From positions 310,001-374,000 of the forward strand of contig NOWV01000010.1 of the NCBI GenBank assembly GCA_003344405.1: a stretch of DNA of 64,000 nt. The letters are read 5' to 3'. Both the position numbers and the translations under genes were made by a program. Below, one piece after another: positions 39,400-54,300 of the stretch (the first letter of the stretch is position 1; the number at the start of each line of letters is the position of its first letter). Under the pieces are notes generated by a model, which worked only from the letters and a program-made list of their open reading frames with translations, was not told where the DNA came from and did not search any database. The DNA comes from Trichoplax sp. H2. Lineage: Eukaryota.

Positions 39400-42300
39400 T
39401 CACTGTAAGTGATGCAATTCAGTTCCATGCCAAGAACCTTTTCGATCCAATTGTCTTCTCAATCTAGCGGGTAATGACGATTTTGGCAATTTATCGTCAC
39501 TCGGAGTATTTAATTCAGGAACAGTATTATTATTCTCATCACCAGTATCACTGAGACGCTTTTCTAGCGGAATTTTCTTTTGTCCTCGCTTACTTTTTTT
39601 ATCTTTCAATTCTGGAGGAGACAGCGCTCGTCGAAGAAGAGGAGAGCTGCCTGATGAGCTACCTTCCGTATGTAATAGCTTAGGCTTTGGCCATAGCATA
39701 GATAAGAATGACTTGCTTGTAGATGGAGCTGTTGGAGACTCATAACTATGTTCAACATGAGCATCTGATCTAACAAGTGGTGATATGGGTGAGGTTGAAT
39801 TCGATTTACGACGTCTGAGTCTAGGCATTAAGCCTTGAAAGGTATGAGGGCGTAAGTGAGGGGATTGATTTGGTGAGGGTGATTGTGAATTAATTGGTGA
39901 AGAGGTTTCTGGAGGAGATGACTGCATCTGTGGAGCTTTGTGTTTCTCGCGTCTACCTCGTACTTTTTTAAACAAACTTGATTTTCTAAGGGAGCCTCTC
40001 CTCCAAAAACTGTTAGACTTCTTACTTTTAGCCGCGGTATCCTTGCTTTTAACAAATTGTAAAAATGATAATGGCCGTCTCCGATCACACTTATTTATGC
40101 ATGTCTTTTCCAACTGAGTTACATTAATTGAAATGCATTTTCCACCTTTACCAATTAAAGCTACTACTTGCGGATGTATTAGGCCTTGAATCGGCTACAG
40201 TAGTCATAAAAAAACACTTAGATTTAGATCCTTAAATAACATGACAGAAATCATATCCTTAGCATATTCTTTACCTCGCCATTGACATGCGTAATAAGAT
40301 CACCCTCTTTAAGCCCAGCTTGACTTGCTGTGCTTTTTTCATCCACAGACTAGCAAAGAACATTATGTAATTTCATCAATTAGAGTTACAGCCATTTTTA
40401 GTAAAATTCACTCATGCATTGAACATTTTACGAAAACTTACATTTACAAGATGTTGAACGGTATACATATTTGTGTCTCCAATGTATACGCGTATTGATC
40501 TAATTGTAAATCCGAATCCGCGTGGCCCTTTGTAAAGTACAATCGGCGGAAGCGAACTAGTCGGGCTAGTGCAAGGACTACCGCGTGAACTAAGTGGGCT
40601 CGTTGGTGAATCGGTAATAAAACCTGTAATGAAAATTGTTTCAGATAACACCATCAATTATCACAATTCTAGTAAGTCATCTATTAACCTCTGCTTTCAG
40701 TAAAAGGGTCTTCCTCACAATAATCACTTTCATTTTCAACATAGATTTCAGGATTTTTGGGTACTTCCAGATTTTTACGTAACTTTCTAACACTAGATTC
40801 CGATATATTAAGTTTTATTGGCTGATTGTTCTCGTTTTCAGGAGTTTCACTTAACAATAAACTAAGAAAAATAGTCAATTTTTAGTGTTATTGTAATTAA
40901 TGACGAACTACAATGAAAAGCTGTATTACGATTACTGTCTACAGAGTAAGTAAAGCCTATATAAGTGTACCATAATAATACCTGATATTTTTTGGTTCTT
41001 TATCAGTATCATCATTTTTATCTTCTGGAATCTCCGATATTTCAGGTGATAAGAGAGGGCTTGTCGATCCATCATTGCTACCAGTAAGCGAATGATGCCT
41101 AGAAGTAGGATTCGAATTTTCCAAAGCATGATAGCGTCTCGAACAGCTAGAAAAGTTGACGAATGATAAATCACTTGTATCAGAGTCATAATTTTCATCA
41201 TCAGATTCTTCATCGCTGTGAGTACGGCAGTAACGATCAGTTCGTGCTAGAGATGATAAAAAAATTTATGATAAACATTGTAAATCGTTGCATTTACTTG
41301 ACATAATATTATAAGCTGCACTAAGTATTCAAACAAGGAAAAAACATAAGTTGAATATTAATAGGACTTACGATCAAAGTAGCTAGTATCTTCTTCGTTA
41401 TCTAGCTCTGGAACAAATTCTACTTTCTGGCGTAGTAATGATGCCCAGTCAATATCTTGAAATAGCTCGTGTTCTTTGACCTCAGTAGAGTCTTGAAACA
41501 AATAAAAAGAATTTTTAAAGACACTTTCAAATAGATCAAATACAAAGCAATACCTAGATTCATTTAGTTACTATAAAAATTTTTTATAATTTTACCTGTG
41601 GTAGTACCAAGACGCGTAGCAGGATCTTGTTGCAATAATCTTGTAATTAAATCTTTAGCATCTTCAGGGACAGCATCTTCTTCTTCGGGCCATTCAATTT
41701 CATCTCCTATTATATGTTTATATGTAATATTTTATTCGTTTTGGTATGTTGTTTTCATAGCGGTTAAATATATCTTAATATACCATTCGAAACTTGCTCG
41801 AATAATTCTTCGACTGATTCACCATAGAAAGGTGGACATCCAACTAAAAATTCATACAGTATAATGCCCATTGACCACCAATCTGTCGGTTTACCTATGT
41901 AATATAAGATACCACTTTAGATATCATATTTGAAAATTTTTAAAACAGTTTCCATTACGATTTTAATAAAACTGTTACCGTATCCTTGGCGTAGAATTAC
42001 TTCTGGTGCAATATACTCCGGTGTACCATAAATTTGTTTATCTTGAAATATTTGGGTATCTTGCTCGATAGCGTATTCATATGCCGACGTCGTAACTAAC
42101 GAGAAAAGTGATAGAAAGAAATGGAATTTAAATCATTTATGCCTTACCATTAAAAATTTAGAATCCGCGAATAATGATTCATAATTGAGTATGATATGAG
42201 ATAGATTACAAATTTCTCAACGTTTACATACGATTCATCAGGCCAACTTTAGATAATCCAAAATCGGTCAATTTGATATGCCCCAATGACGTAATCAATA

Positions 42301-45300
42301 GGCTATAAGAGTATTATAGAAAAGGGTAAAATCTGTTAGCGGCTAGTAATGCTTTATTGTTCTTTTTTTTGTAGTAGCTAAAATAAATAATTTGATAAAG
42401 CGTGCTAAAGTCCGCTACATGTTATTTCTTTAAAAAATAAATAGTTTTTAATTATCTTACTCGTATATATATTTATAAATGATAAAATGAACTTACTTTT
42501 CAGGCTTTAAATCTCTATGCACAATTCCGTAGCTATGGATATACTCGATACCCAAAATCGTTTCAGCAAAGTACATTCTAAAGGTTTTCATTTGAGTTAA
42601 CAGAAACGGTTATTGATTAATAGTAACTGTAAAGAAGTAAAATAGCTAATAATATGGGTATTCCATACATAATAAGAAAGAGTTATACATATCTATAAGA
42701 TATTTAAAAATATGGGCTAACTTTGCCATTTCAAGGGGAAGTGGTCCAATATGTTTGAGTAGTGTGGCACAATCACCGCCTTCACAATATTCCATTACCA
42801 TGCATAAGTGTTTCTGTTATATAAAAATCCATATTACATGAATATACTACCAACAATTATTGTGCCTCTGATGTATCATTGTTATTAATATTTTAAATAT
42901 AAAACTGTCAACTTTAAAAGTGGGTATTTTGATAGAATACTTACTCTCGTTTGAAAGCTACACCACATACTAACAATAAAAGGGTTGTCCACAAAAGTTA
43001 GAATGTCTCGTTCATTAAAAACTTGTTTAACCTTAAAAATAATGGAATTATGTCAAAAGGTTCTTTACATAACAAGTGAAAGGATTTAGTATTTAGATAA
43101 ATGAGTATCATTTAATTAGATCAATAAATTGAACATAAACGATGCTGGTACCTGATTCCGTAGTAACATGCCTTGTTTACTTATTTTCTTCATCGCAAAA
43201 CGTTGACCAGTATTTCGATGTCGTACCAGAAATACCGATCTACATATAAAATTAATAAACCAATATAGAGAAAATAGTTTTCAGAAAACGGACTAGAAAG
43301 ACAACTACAATGTATTGCAATACCGTAATAATAAGGTAATGATTCTAACAGTAAATTGATACGTACCCATACGCTCCTCTACTAATTAGCTTAATCGGCT
43401 TAAAATCGTGTTCACTAGGGGCTTCATCTTTAAAAGGATTGTAGATCTCTCTCTGATAAAAGAAGTTGATATTGAAGCTATTAATTATAATAAAAGTGCA
43501 ATAACATTATGAGCAAATATTTAATGAGCTGTTTTAATTACCTGTTTAGATTCTAAATTTTCAGCTACTAAATAACATAAAAAATAAACGCCTTAATATG
43601 ATTTGCATTTACATACTATTTTAATTAGCATTTTTTGATAAAACGATTATCGTAGCACTGCTAATAAGGTACCTCCATCGATTGTTGTCAAGCCAAGTTG
43701 GCTGATAACGTAACGAGGCACATCACTTTTAAGACTAGTTATTAAATCTTTTTCTCGATTAGCGTCGATTGAATCATAAAACTCATTTTCGTCGAATTCC
43801 TGTAATGTAGTTTAAAGCGAAAAGTTGCTTTTAGAATTGCAAATTTTGCGCATCCATACGGTAAATACATATACTAGTACTTCATAATAATAGTAAATTA
43901 TTTTAACAATACCAAGCACTCTAGTAGTCTAGCCGGTCTTGATACAATTACTAATAGTTTTCGAATCATGTCAGTGACAGGTGTAACATCGCGATCAGTT
44001 TTACTATGCGCCTACGATAAGAGGATAGAATCAAGCAACCGATATTAATTCTACATATTAATTGGTTATTATTACATTGTATATTACTCCATATTATCGA
44101 CTAGGAAGTTTTAGATCGTATGTATGTAAATAGTACATCATTCATACACTGTTACCTCTTCCAATAATTTTGCCAATTTTTCAGATAATTCGAGAAAGTA
44201 GTCATGATTGACAGTACCTTCTCGGGAGGTTTTTAGCAATTCGCGTATTAATTCGACAAGCTATATAAGCGTAATAATAAAAAATACAATATTAAATTTG
44301 AAATTATGACGGCCAGCATGACTTACTATGCAGTTGATAGTTATATCAAATGTGTAACAGTTACCAATCTTAATATTCTTGTAATTAATAAATCTTTAAT
44401 GTAAGATACAATATAATCAGTCCGATCATCTAAATTACCTGATGATATAAAAAGTTTAGTATACCGTCAGCGAGGTTATCATCTTCAGGCATTTCTTTCA
44501 GTATGATCTGTAATGAACAATAATGATAGAGTTATAAGCAAAAATTTGAAGGGATCAGTTAATTGTTAATAGATAAAATCTCTGTTTCAATTATATCTAA
44601 CATAAGACAATTTCTATGATATAACTACTTTAGATGGCAACAGAAGTTAAGAATGCTATTATGTTTCTGATCCAGTACATTTAAAAACATCATAGCATGA
44701 TAAATTCTTGCGACTGACCTTTAATTTTTCTTCCATTTGTTCTTTTGCCTAAAATATGAATATCATGAAGACAAATTGTCTTAAGTACTATAATACTTTG
44801 ATCTAAATAGGCACATATTCAAATTCAATTATTCAACTAACTTTAGGAAATCTCTCTTTATATACTTCCATAAGTATTCTTTTATCATCTATTCTACTTC
44901 TGAAAGGGCTAGAAGATAAAAATTTGAATAATATTAATAATTGTTAACAGAATTTGATTGATAATGCAAATCATTATCATCTAGTGCGAGAAATTCTTGC
45001 TCTAGTATAGAATCTGGAAATTAATCCTCTACATTAAATTGTAACAATATTTCCATTACCTTAAACTTCTCGAACGATGTCTGGTAGCAGGATATTCTTC
45101 TTCACTATCCCAACTATTTACAACAAATTTTAATTAGTAAGACTCATATCAACTAACCTATATACTAAGGAATTTGTATCAGTTTTCAAAGCTATGATAT
45201 ATAACATACCCAAATTGACTGCTTAAGAAAGCCAAGTCAAATGATGTTGGTTGTGACGGTAACTAAAGCAGAAATCATTTCATTTATATTATACGATGTC

Positions 45301-48300
45301 TGTTAACATTCAGAATCTTAGCGAAAAATATCATCAACAACAAAGCAGATATTATATACTTATACATTAATAGCTCTGGCTTATTCCTTAATTGGTATAC
45401 GCTTAACATACCTGATGTAGCTTGTTCTGTACTGGCTATAATTAGCAACAAAAAATATTAAAGGTGGTCAGCTCTTAGATAAACGATTAACAGATGTTGA
45501 TTTAATTTTGATGGCAAGCTACAGATTATAGCATACCGAATGAACAGGCGATCGAGCAGCATTGCTGCTATAGCCGGAAGAAAATGAAGCTAAAGACCAA
45601 CGACGGGATGTCCTAAGATACATTATGACGTACTTTTACATTTAGCAATTAAAAGCTTCCGTCTTCAAAAACAAGAATAATAAGCTATTTTTATTACAAT
45701 ACTAACCATGACTCAGATAGTGGGCATTGGCCAGGCGTATTTCGAGGTGAAGATCGCGGACTGCTAATTGGACTAAAACCTAGTAACAGAAAATGACAGA
45801 AGATGTCACCAATGGAATTTAAAAAAATGGAAAAATTTGTAAAAGTATCCTATTACACTATAGTAAAATTTGACTACTACATGTTCTTGATGTTAACTAA
45901 TCTATAATTATATTAACATATAGCAAGGAAAAAGTTTGGTTATTTATCTATGAAATTAATTATTTGTTTGATATAGCACATGATGTACATCAATGCTAAT
46001 AACATACTAACCAGACGAAGGTGATATAGATCGGGATCTTGAACGGAATTGAGCAGTTGGCACTCCAATGACATTGGCTTTAGGTACAAATCGATTTCCT
46101 CTCCTGTCATCATCATAGGCGATAATAAATAATTAACAAAATATAAAATAAAATATATATACACTTTTTACCCATCAAAACCAACACTGGTAATGTTATC
46201 AATATTCTTAAGTCAAACTGTAAAGTAAAAGTGAAGACTATTCTTTTCGAACAGTTGTAATTGAAATTTATGATGTAGAAATAGGAAAATAAATTGAATC
46301 TCTTAAAAATTCAATACTACAACGTCATTTTCGAATATCATGCAAGAATATTAATAAACTAGCATAGATGAAAGCATATCGTACATACGCTTATTCTTGT
46401 TGATATAGATACGAGAATACTACTGTATTATCAAGTGATAGACCACTACTGGAGTAATATCATAATATAACGTAACAGTCTAATTCTACTTATTGAATTC
46501 CATTAATACTTATATTCAGTTATGCGAGATCCTACTACTATACATGGATATTCGTATTATATATTAAAAACAATGGCGACAATTACTTCCATATAGCAAT
46601 TCTATCTATCTATATCGTTGTTAAAAATATATCATCTAATTTCTTTTACTTCACATACCTTGTAATTGAACGATGATGATGTAGATTGCATGTAGTAGTC
46701 TATCAACCCAAACAAGTGTATAAATAGTATTAAGACTAGAAATTTTTACAAGACGATTTAATTCGAGTTAAATTAGCACCAAGTTTTAGAGTCTACAGTT
46801 TTCAATACTATTAAACTAATAGGATTTTCTTCCTTCTGGTGTATTTATTGGCATGATACGTACAATAATAACAGTAAAACGATCGAAATCAATAAGAAGT
46901 TGTAATAAAAAAAACTAAATGATTTGAATGAAGGGAATTCACGGGACGAAAATGATAGCATAAATTTCCAATAGGTTATTTAGTGAATGCTCTAGTCTAG
47001 TAATTACTTTAATCTATCCTAGCTAGAATTCTTTGTTGGATAAATGATTGTAAAAAAAATGAAGGCAGGAAGAACATTAAGAGGACTTATTATTACGTTA
47101 TACAGCGTCAATAAACAGTTCGATCTGGGCGATAGATGATGATTCAAAAGTAATATTTTTTATTTATACAGAATTGCGATGGCAGCAGATTTTGATGTAA
47201 GCTGTATAATTTCGTGAGTGTCAACGCTTAAATTTAACTAGAACGTCAAGTTGTCTTTCTTAATCGTCGATAGCGATTTTATTATTCTTATAACAGTGTT
47301 ACTAAAGCAAATTCATTAGCAAATCTTGATTTTGTCAAGGTGGGAAGAAATCAAAAAGGACAAAATAGATCAATCACTGCAGGAATTAGAATGATATTGA
47401 AAAAATCATTGTTGTTGTCTACTGAAGAGAAAATGACAATATGCTGTACGAGTAGTAATTCAACAAGAAATTGACAGATAGAGAGAAAGAAAAAGAAATA
47501 GTTTATAGGAATTGTGAATTGTCGGATATCCCGGTAAAAATGAATAGAGGCTAAAACGATTAAGAATCAAAGTCTTGAACTACTGTACGTTTAATTTATG
47601 GGAGGAAAAAGGATGATTCAACACCTGCAAGATTTTTCTATCGATAATGATCGATCTCCTGACTGAAGTTATCGTCGAGAAGAGGACTGAATATGGAGTC
47701 GTTGTCTATTCGTATGGATTACTGTGATTATTCATGACTTACCAATAGAGCAGGAGCTGAACGACCAAGTTTAGATTTACTTAGTACTTTAAGATTAGAG
47801 TCGTCCATTCGAAAAGAAGCGCTTTTATTTTCCAGCTGTGGCATTTCACTAAATCGTCTTGTTCTTCGCATTGACATCTTTGGATGTAGCAATCCTGGAG
47901 TTCCATCACTAGTCATCAACGAATTATCTGTAGGTCCACTGTTATTATCCGTCTAATAAGCATAAAGTTCAACAAGAAGGCAGGCAAGATCGTTTAGAGT
48001 TGAAGAGAGAGAGAAAAAAAATGATATGCAAAATCAATTGAAATACAAGCTTGTTTTATTGCATCTACGTCTATCGTTCTACACTGTCTGTTTTTATTCA
48101 ATAGTAAGAGACTATTGGAAAGTACAGTCTACCTTCTTATCCAACTTTTCCTTTGACTGATAGACTGTATAACATTTCAATTTTTGCTATTAATGCTAGT
48201 AGAAATGTATATTGTAGGGGCCGGTCGATAGGAAAATAAAAAGAATATCTTAATAGTTAAGGTATTGTATTCAATCAAGAGAGAAGAAAATAAGGTTTTG

Positions 48301-51300
48301 CACTCAAGAACTCATTAATTGGTAATGAACAACAGTGGTGGAAAAATGCTTTTAATCATGTTTATTATCATGTGTTAACTAAACAACTCGACGCATTTAC
48401 CGGTCCGATATAGACACTTTCTATCCAAGTCGCAATTAATCAGTCATTGAGGCAGGTAAAAATTAGGAGAATAGAAATTAATATTGTAATTTTATCATCC
48501 AATTTACTAGAAAAAACAAAAAGGGAAGGAAAAAAAAAAAAGAATTTTTTCCCTGGGATTGGATACCAATGTTCCCCCACCAATCCACTGTTGAGATTAT
48601 TACGTCTAGCAACGTTGTGCTTATGATATTGATCAATAATGGAATATATAAACATGGTATAGAATATTCATAAATAGTTCAAATCTTTCAATGATTACTA
48701 CGTCTATTACATCATGTGGATTATATTGCTGACTATTGTGTTGCGAGTACAATAACGACTGGATAAGGTATATGTAATGCAGACTAAAAACTGCTACCAA
48801 GACTATCCAAAAGGATGGATTACCACCATCATCAAACGCCAAGATTAAACTGCCCCCTCCAATTTGACTGACATAATCACCCCATTGCTAATCTCATTTG
48901 TTTAGTTTTTGACGATGGAAAATCGACTGAGTCTTGCTGATTCCCTACTATGTCCTACCGTCTGCTTATTCAGGATGGTCAACTTGACTATGACTACTAT
49001 CCAATTCAAAGGTTACGATGATTAGATTAGGATATCGAGTGGAAAAAATCAATAGTTTGATACTCTTTATCCTGTATACTATAATTTGCGACACAAAACA
49101 AATAGAGGCTAGTAAAACACCAGTCCCTCACGATACAACTTGTCTAGGATCGAATATTAAAAAATAACAATAAATAAGTAGAAATAAAAAAAAAATTTCT
49201 ATCGATTATGACTAAAATAGGGATCAATGAAATGGTATAAATTGTCTTCTACCTAGATGACATTCAATTATTGAAATGGTAGGAATGCATTGGAGGGATA
49301 GGAGAAAAAAATTCAGGAAGAAGAATAAATGGCTGTCGAATTACGTTGTTGGTGGTCGTCGATATCAATCGATAATTATGAATAAAGGTCTACAAAATAT
49401 TACGTCAATCAGTTATACAATTTCCAACATATTCTTTGATAAGGAAGAACAAGGAAGAATGAATCAAACTGCTTCAACAAATTGTCTCGAACTCGCCACT
49501 ACTGCTCTAGAAGTGCTAAAATAATAGAAAGCAGGAAAATGGGAGGGCGAATTCTTTCAATACTTTATAAATTTATTTATTCAACTCTCTATTGATTGAA
49601 AGTGGACTCGTATACTATCGTTAGATTTCTAAAGTGTAGTCAAGAGATAGTAGTAACAAGGAAAAGTTCAAGAAGTTTAATCTTGTATCGGCGTTTGGAC
49701 GGAAATTATTGGGTAGGGATATTTTTTTGTCAAACCGTGATTCCAAATGAACAGTCAATCAACATTTGAATCTCCATTTTTGAACTTGGTATGACATCTA
49801 TGTCTAAAAATGAATTATTTTATTTACTTTTGTCTATTTCCTATTGTAGTTGAATAGAGCTTGCTGGAGATGAAATCATGACTAACGCAGCAGTACATAA
49901 AATAGGGAAAAAATGCGGTCGTGTCTTTTTCCTACTATGATTCAATGGGGCTTGTTGGAAATGAAATCATGACTAAAGTAGGAGTACGTAAAATATGACA
50001 AATATTTTATTTCTTTACTATTGCCATCGCTTTCATCAACTGCGTACATGACTCACATGGCCAATTCTCAGCATGGTATTTCTCGACAGGGTAGCCTGGA
50101 ATAAATTGACATCATTTCCCACTGAAAAGATGATTAATGCTTCTGAAGGCGAAATACTGTAGTGCCAGTAAGGAGGACTTATCGCTTCTTACGTCTTACT
50201 TGAGAAAATGACGATAACTCAAATCCAAATTAATCATACTTGTATACCACATTAGACTGTTCAAATAATCAGCTGGATAGTGCTATATATATGTCGATAA
50301 AAATCTCTGATAGGTCCTATAATTTAAGCCAATTTTCACTGTGGAAAGACAATCAGTTGGATCAATACAATATTACTCTATGTAATCACGGTGAAATTGG
50401 ATGAGCTATGGCTATTATTAATGATCGAAGACCGGATATTTCCATTTACTATACAATCTCTGACAAAGACTATGAAATAGGATACAGTAGGTTATCATTT
50501 TATCATCTAATTTGTTACTTTTTCCCTTATCTCCTTTCCCAATATATTTTTAACTCCAATTGAGCACAAAAATACATGATGATATCATGATGAGATATCC
50601 GTGTATGATGGATTTTTTTTCCATTCTACGCCATATTGGACTAATAACAACAGCATGATGTCATTTATTTACTTACTGATATATGAGTGCATGTTGAGAT
50701 ATCGCTTTCTTAGGCTATTGGACAGAAGGAGTATTCTCCAAGGTAAAGCTGTTTAAAGTACAGTATAAATCAGCAGGGTTCAGGGTACAGTCGAGGTACT
50801 TTGACTTAATCGGGCTATTCCGAGAATTCTCCTTTTTATTGTTTATATTAGTACCAACTGTGGAGATTTTCTCCTAGTCTGTGAGGTAAAATGTCAACGT
50901 CAAATCAATGTCCTGTTGAGCCAGAAGTAGATTCGTACAATAAAATATACCGTATCAGGAAGAAATATAATTATTTTGTATGCACATGACGATAAATCTC
51001 GTGGTGGCGGAAAAAATAATATTACACCATTACATTATCGTCATGGATAACCACACGATATCTAAGAATTACGTATTATATCATATTGAGTCTGCAGCCA
51101 AAGATTCTTGACAACTATTTGGCCGCCAGACAAACCTGATACTTTTTCAGTTTCAAGATCAATGACCGAATATCATATGCTACCACTATATAGATCGAAT
51201 TGGATAGTTGAACAAATCATTTCTTGAATCGATTCTAAGTTACTTTGAATTTACGTGATGATCAATCATAGTAGTATGTCATATCCGATTTTTTTATTCT

Positions 51301-54300
51301 ATTTTACCTTAGCATTTTATTATACCCATAGATGCTCAATCTACTTTTTTTCACTTCACCTTTCATGCTAATGAAAGCAGTTAACGAATAAATTAGCAGT
51401 AGAATTTTCCTTTAAATCATCCGTGATGGATAATATAAGTAAAATGTTGAGTTACAGTCTTTCAAAAAAGAAGTTTTCCTTTCGCTATACAGTAAACTAG
51501 GCAGGGTAATAGGTAGAGCTATCAAAATACGAATAAACCTTCAACTAGGTATAGTCAAGACGCGCATTGATCGAAAATTTACTATATCAATAGTCTTATT
51601 GGCAATGGGTGATCAATTGGAAATCGTGTTATCGCTAAGCATTGCCAATTAATGCTATCTTTATATATCAGTCAGGGATAGAATAGCGTTATGAATTTTC
51701 TCCTATTTAAATATTGCCTATACAACATTGGTAACTGTTTTTGTATTTTCAAGTTGTTAAAAATTGAACACAGTAGCTTTCTTCTCACAGATTAATATCA
51801 CCAAACAATGAAAATTTTGACTACCTTCACCATGTAAACAGTAGATTTAGATGCAAGTTTTACAATACCAAGATATTGAAACTGGTCAATAACTCATTGT
51901 TAAACTTAGATCAATCATGACTATTATTTTAATATACTGTAATAATAGCAAATTGGAAAAGAAGATCTTTTTGTCCAAATGAATTCTTTGCAAAAGATAA
52001 TAAAAATCTCAACTTATACATCCTTTACTTGATTAATGGGTTGATGTTGAAAAAGATTCTTCTATGATCTGCTACTATTATCCGTCAGCAAGTCGTACTG
52101 TTTTCTTAACGTAATAGTGAAGGATAAAACGTGAATATTCCTACAGTATCATGTGGAAAAGATATCTAAATGCTATTAAGTTAATATTATTCATCCTATA
52201 TCTATCTGTTCGTATGGTCCATACACGCTATTTTGAGATCTGTCCGTCTAAATATATTATTAATAAGTAACAAGTTTATAACGTAAATAACACCAACCAG
52301 TCAACCACCCCGATAGTAATTATTAATAACAACGTCATTAATTCATAGTAATTTAGAATATATACAACTGTTTACTGATGATGCCTTATGCATTGCATAG
52401 TTGAAACTTATATCATTAAATTTTCTACGAAACATTATATGTAACGATAAAATGTTTCATTGCATTGTGCAATGTTGATATTGCTAAGTTCTTTAACCGA
52501 TTAAAAGTTGTGGCCTTAAAAGTGACATACTCGTAAATATTTACCATACCGTATACATGGCACAGTACATACATTATGAATAGTAGTACAGGGCCAATAA
52601 TGTTCTTTTCAAGTATCTTGAAATAGTGATTTTTACATTGATTGCTAGTAAATCTACAAGTTTTGATATTATAAATTATATTTTATTCGTCTTTAACTAC
52701 TCGTTTAATCTACTATGCAGTAGCATACCAGCCACTCTCTTACTTTGACTTAAAGAGTTAGTCTACACTATGAAGTCAACGAGTACCATAAACTAGTAAT
52801 TTGCTCTATATGCTGAAGGTGTATTTAGATAACTTGATCAAAACAACTAGCAATTACTATCAATACAGTAGCATGGGAGAGATATAAAAATTGCAGGATT
52901 TGTTTACTACAAACAGTCTAAGAAATAGTACGATATACTGTACAGTACTCCTTTAAATCATGACCAAATTAGAATAGGAAATGCCAATATGTATGATCGC
53001 GGTTAAGATGAAACTCATTCTCAGTACATGATTTTAAGACTCTGCTTTTAGTAATCATGATAAACTACTGTTGAGACATTGATATGCAGATAATCCAACC
53101 TTACCATTTTCTCATTTTAGGCCATTCAATTAGCATGTGTAGTTCGATTTAATAAACAATGACTAATTAATATCAGCTTTCATTATATATAGCACATAAA
53201 GCCATGATTTAAAAAAATAAAATTGTCTATGTCTACTACCAGCCAACTGTAGTAATGGCAAATACTATTTTTACGTCTATTGTGCTGTCCGAAATGACGT
53301 GTACATATTAATACTACGGAAAAAGCAACAATTACATGTAAAAGAAATTTTTAAGTAGTAAGGTATAACATGGAGAATAAATGTAGGTTAATACTGATAT
53401 ACTATCTATGCATTTTATTCTCTTTGATAGTAAAAATGAGAGACTGTATAAAAAGTATACATTTTAAAACAGCTTAGAAAACTGTAAATGTCATAAAGGC
53501 TCAATTGACAAGGATTTGGCTAGAGAATATCAACTGGAGTATATTGTGATAGTATAGTACACTACACCAGTTGTAGGAGATAGCTAAATTCTGCTTTCTT
53601 ATGATCAGAGAATGCAGAGTATGTTATAAAAAATACAATATAGAGAACATGTTTCAAGGCATATCATCAAGGACTTTGTCGCCTCTTTTAGAACAGCGAA
53701 ATAGAATAATCACAGTTGGTTCAATCTAGCGAACTTTTGGCATCTTATGAGTAATCAAGTTTCCAGTTACAGATTTTAACATTTTTGGACCGTCAACATA
53801 TAACCGAACAGTGTTGTAAGGTGTAGTACTAATAAATTACACTAGGATTATTTACGAATGAATATTACCCAAAATCATACCGCAAGACTGCACACCATAT
53901 CTGCTATGAGTAAAATTTCAATAAAGGTCTGTATCCTACTGTTTGGATTAAGATTTGAAAAGATATGGATATACTACAACTGCATTATAGTATGAACGGT
54001 TAATTTAATTGGCATAATTTTTAGCATACGTGGATTGAATTGTGATTATGTATTAAAATATCTCGATGTAAAATCATTATACAGTTGCAATCAAGATTTT
54101 CTAAAGAAAGCAATTTCTCAGGGTTTTCCTAAATATCAGTGCGTATATCTATATATATGTCAGTTATACGATGGCTGAAGAATGATATATGGGTATATTT
54201 CAATAGGAGGAGAAGGATAAAGGAAGAGAATAAAGGATAGGCTCTTAATAACATTAACATCACATTGGTCGCTTCTTTAGGCAATGTAATTTGGTATACT

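Noticed and set aside
36555-41864. Antisense or alternate-frame ORFs at 36555-36854, 39828-40088, 40932-41213 and 41598-41864
   Set aside because: Shadows of the CAT and MAST coding exons in other frames or on the opposite strand.
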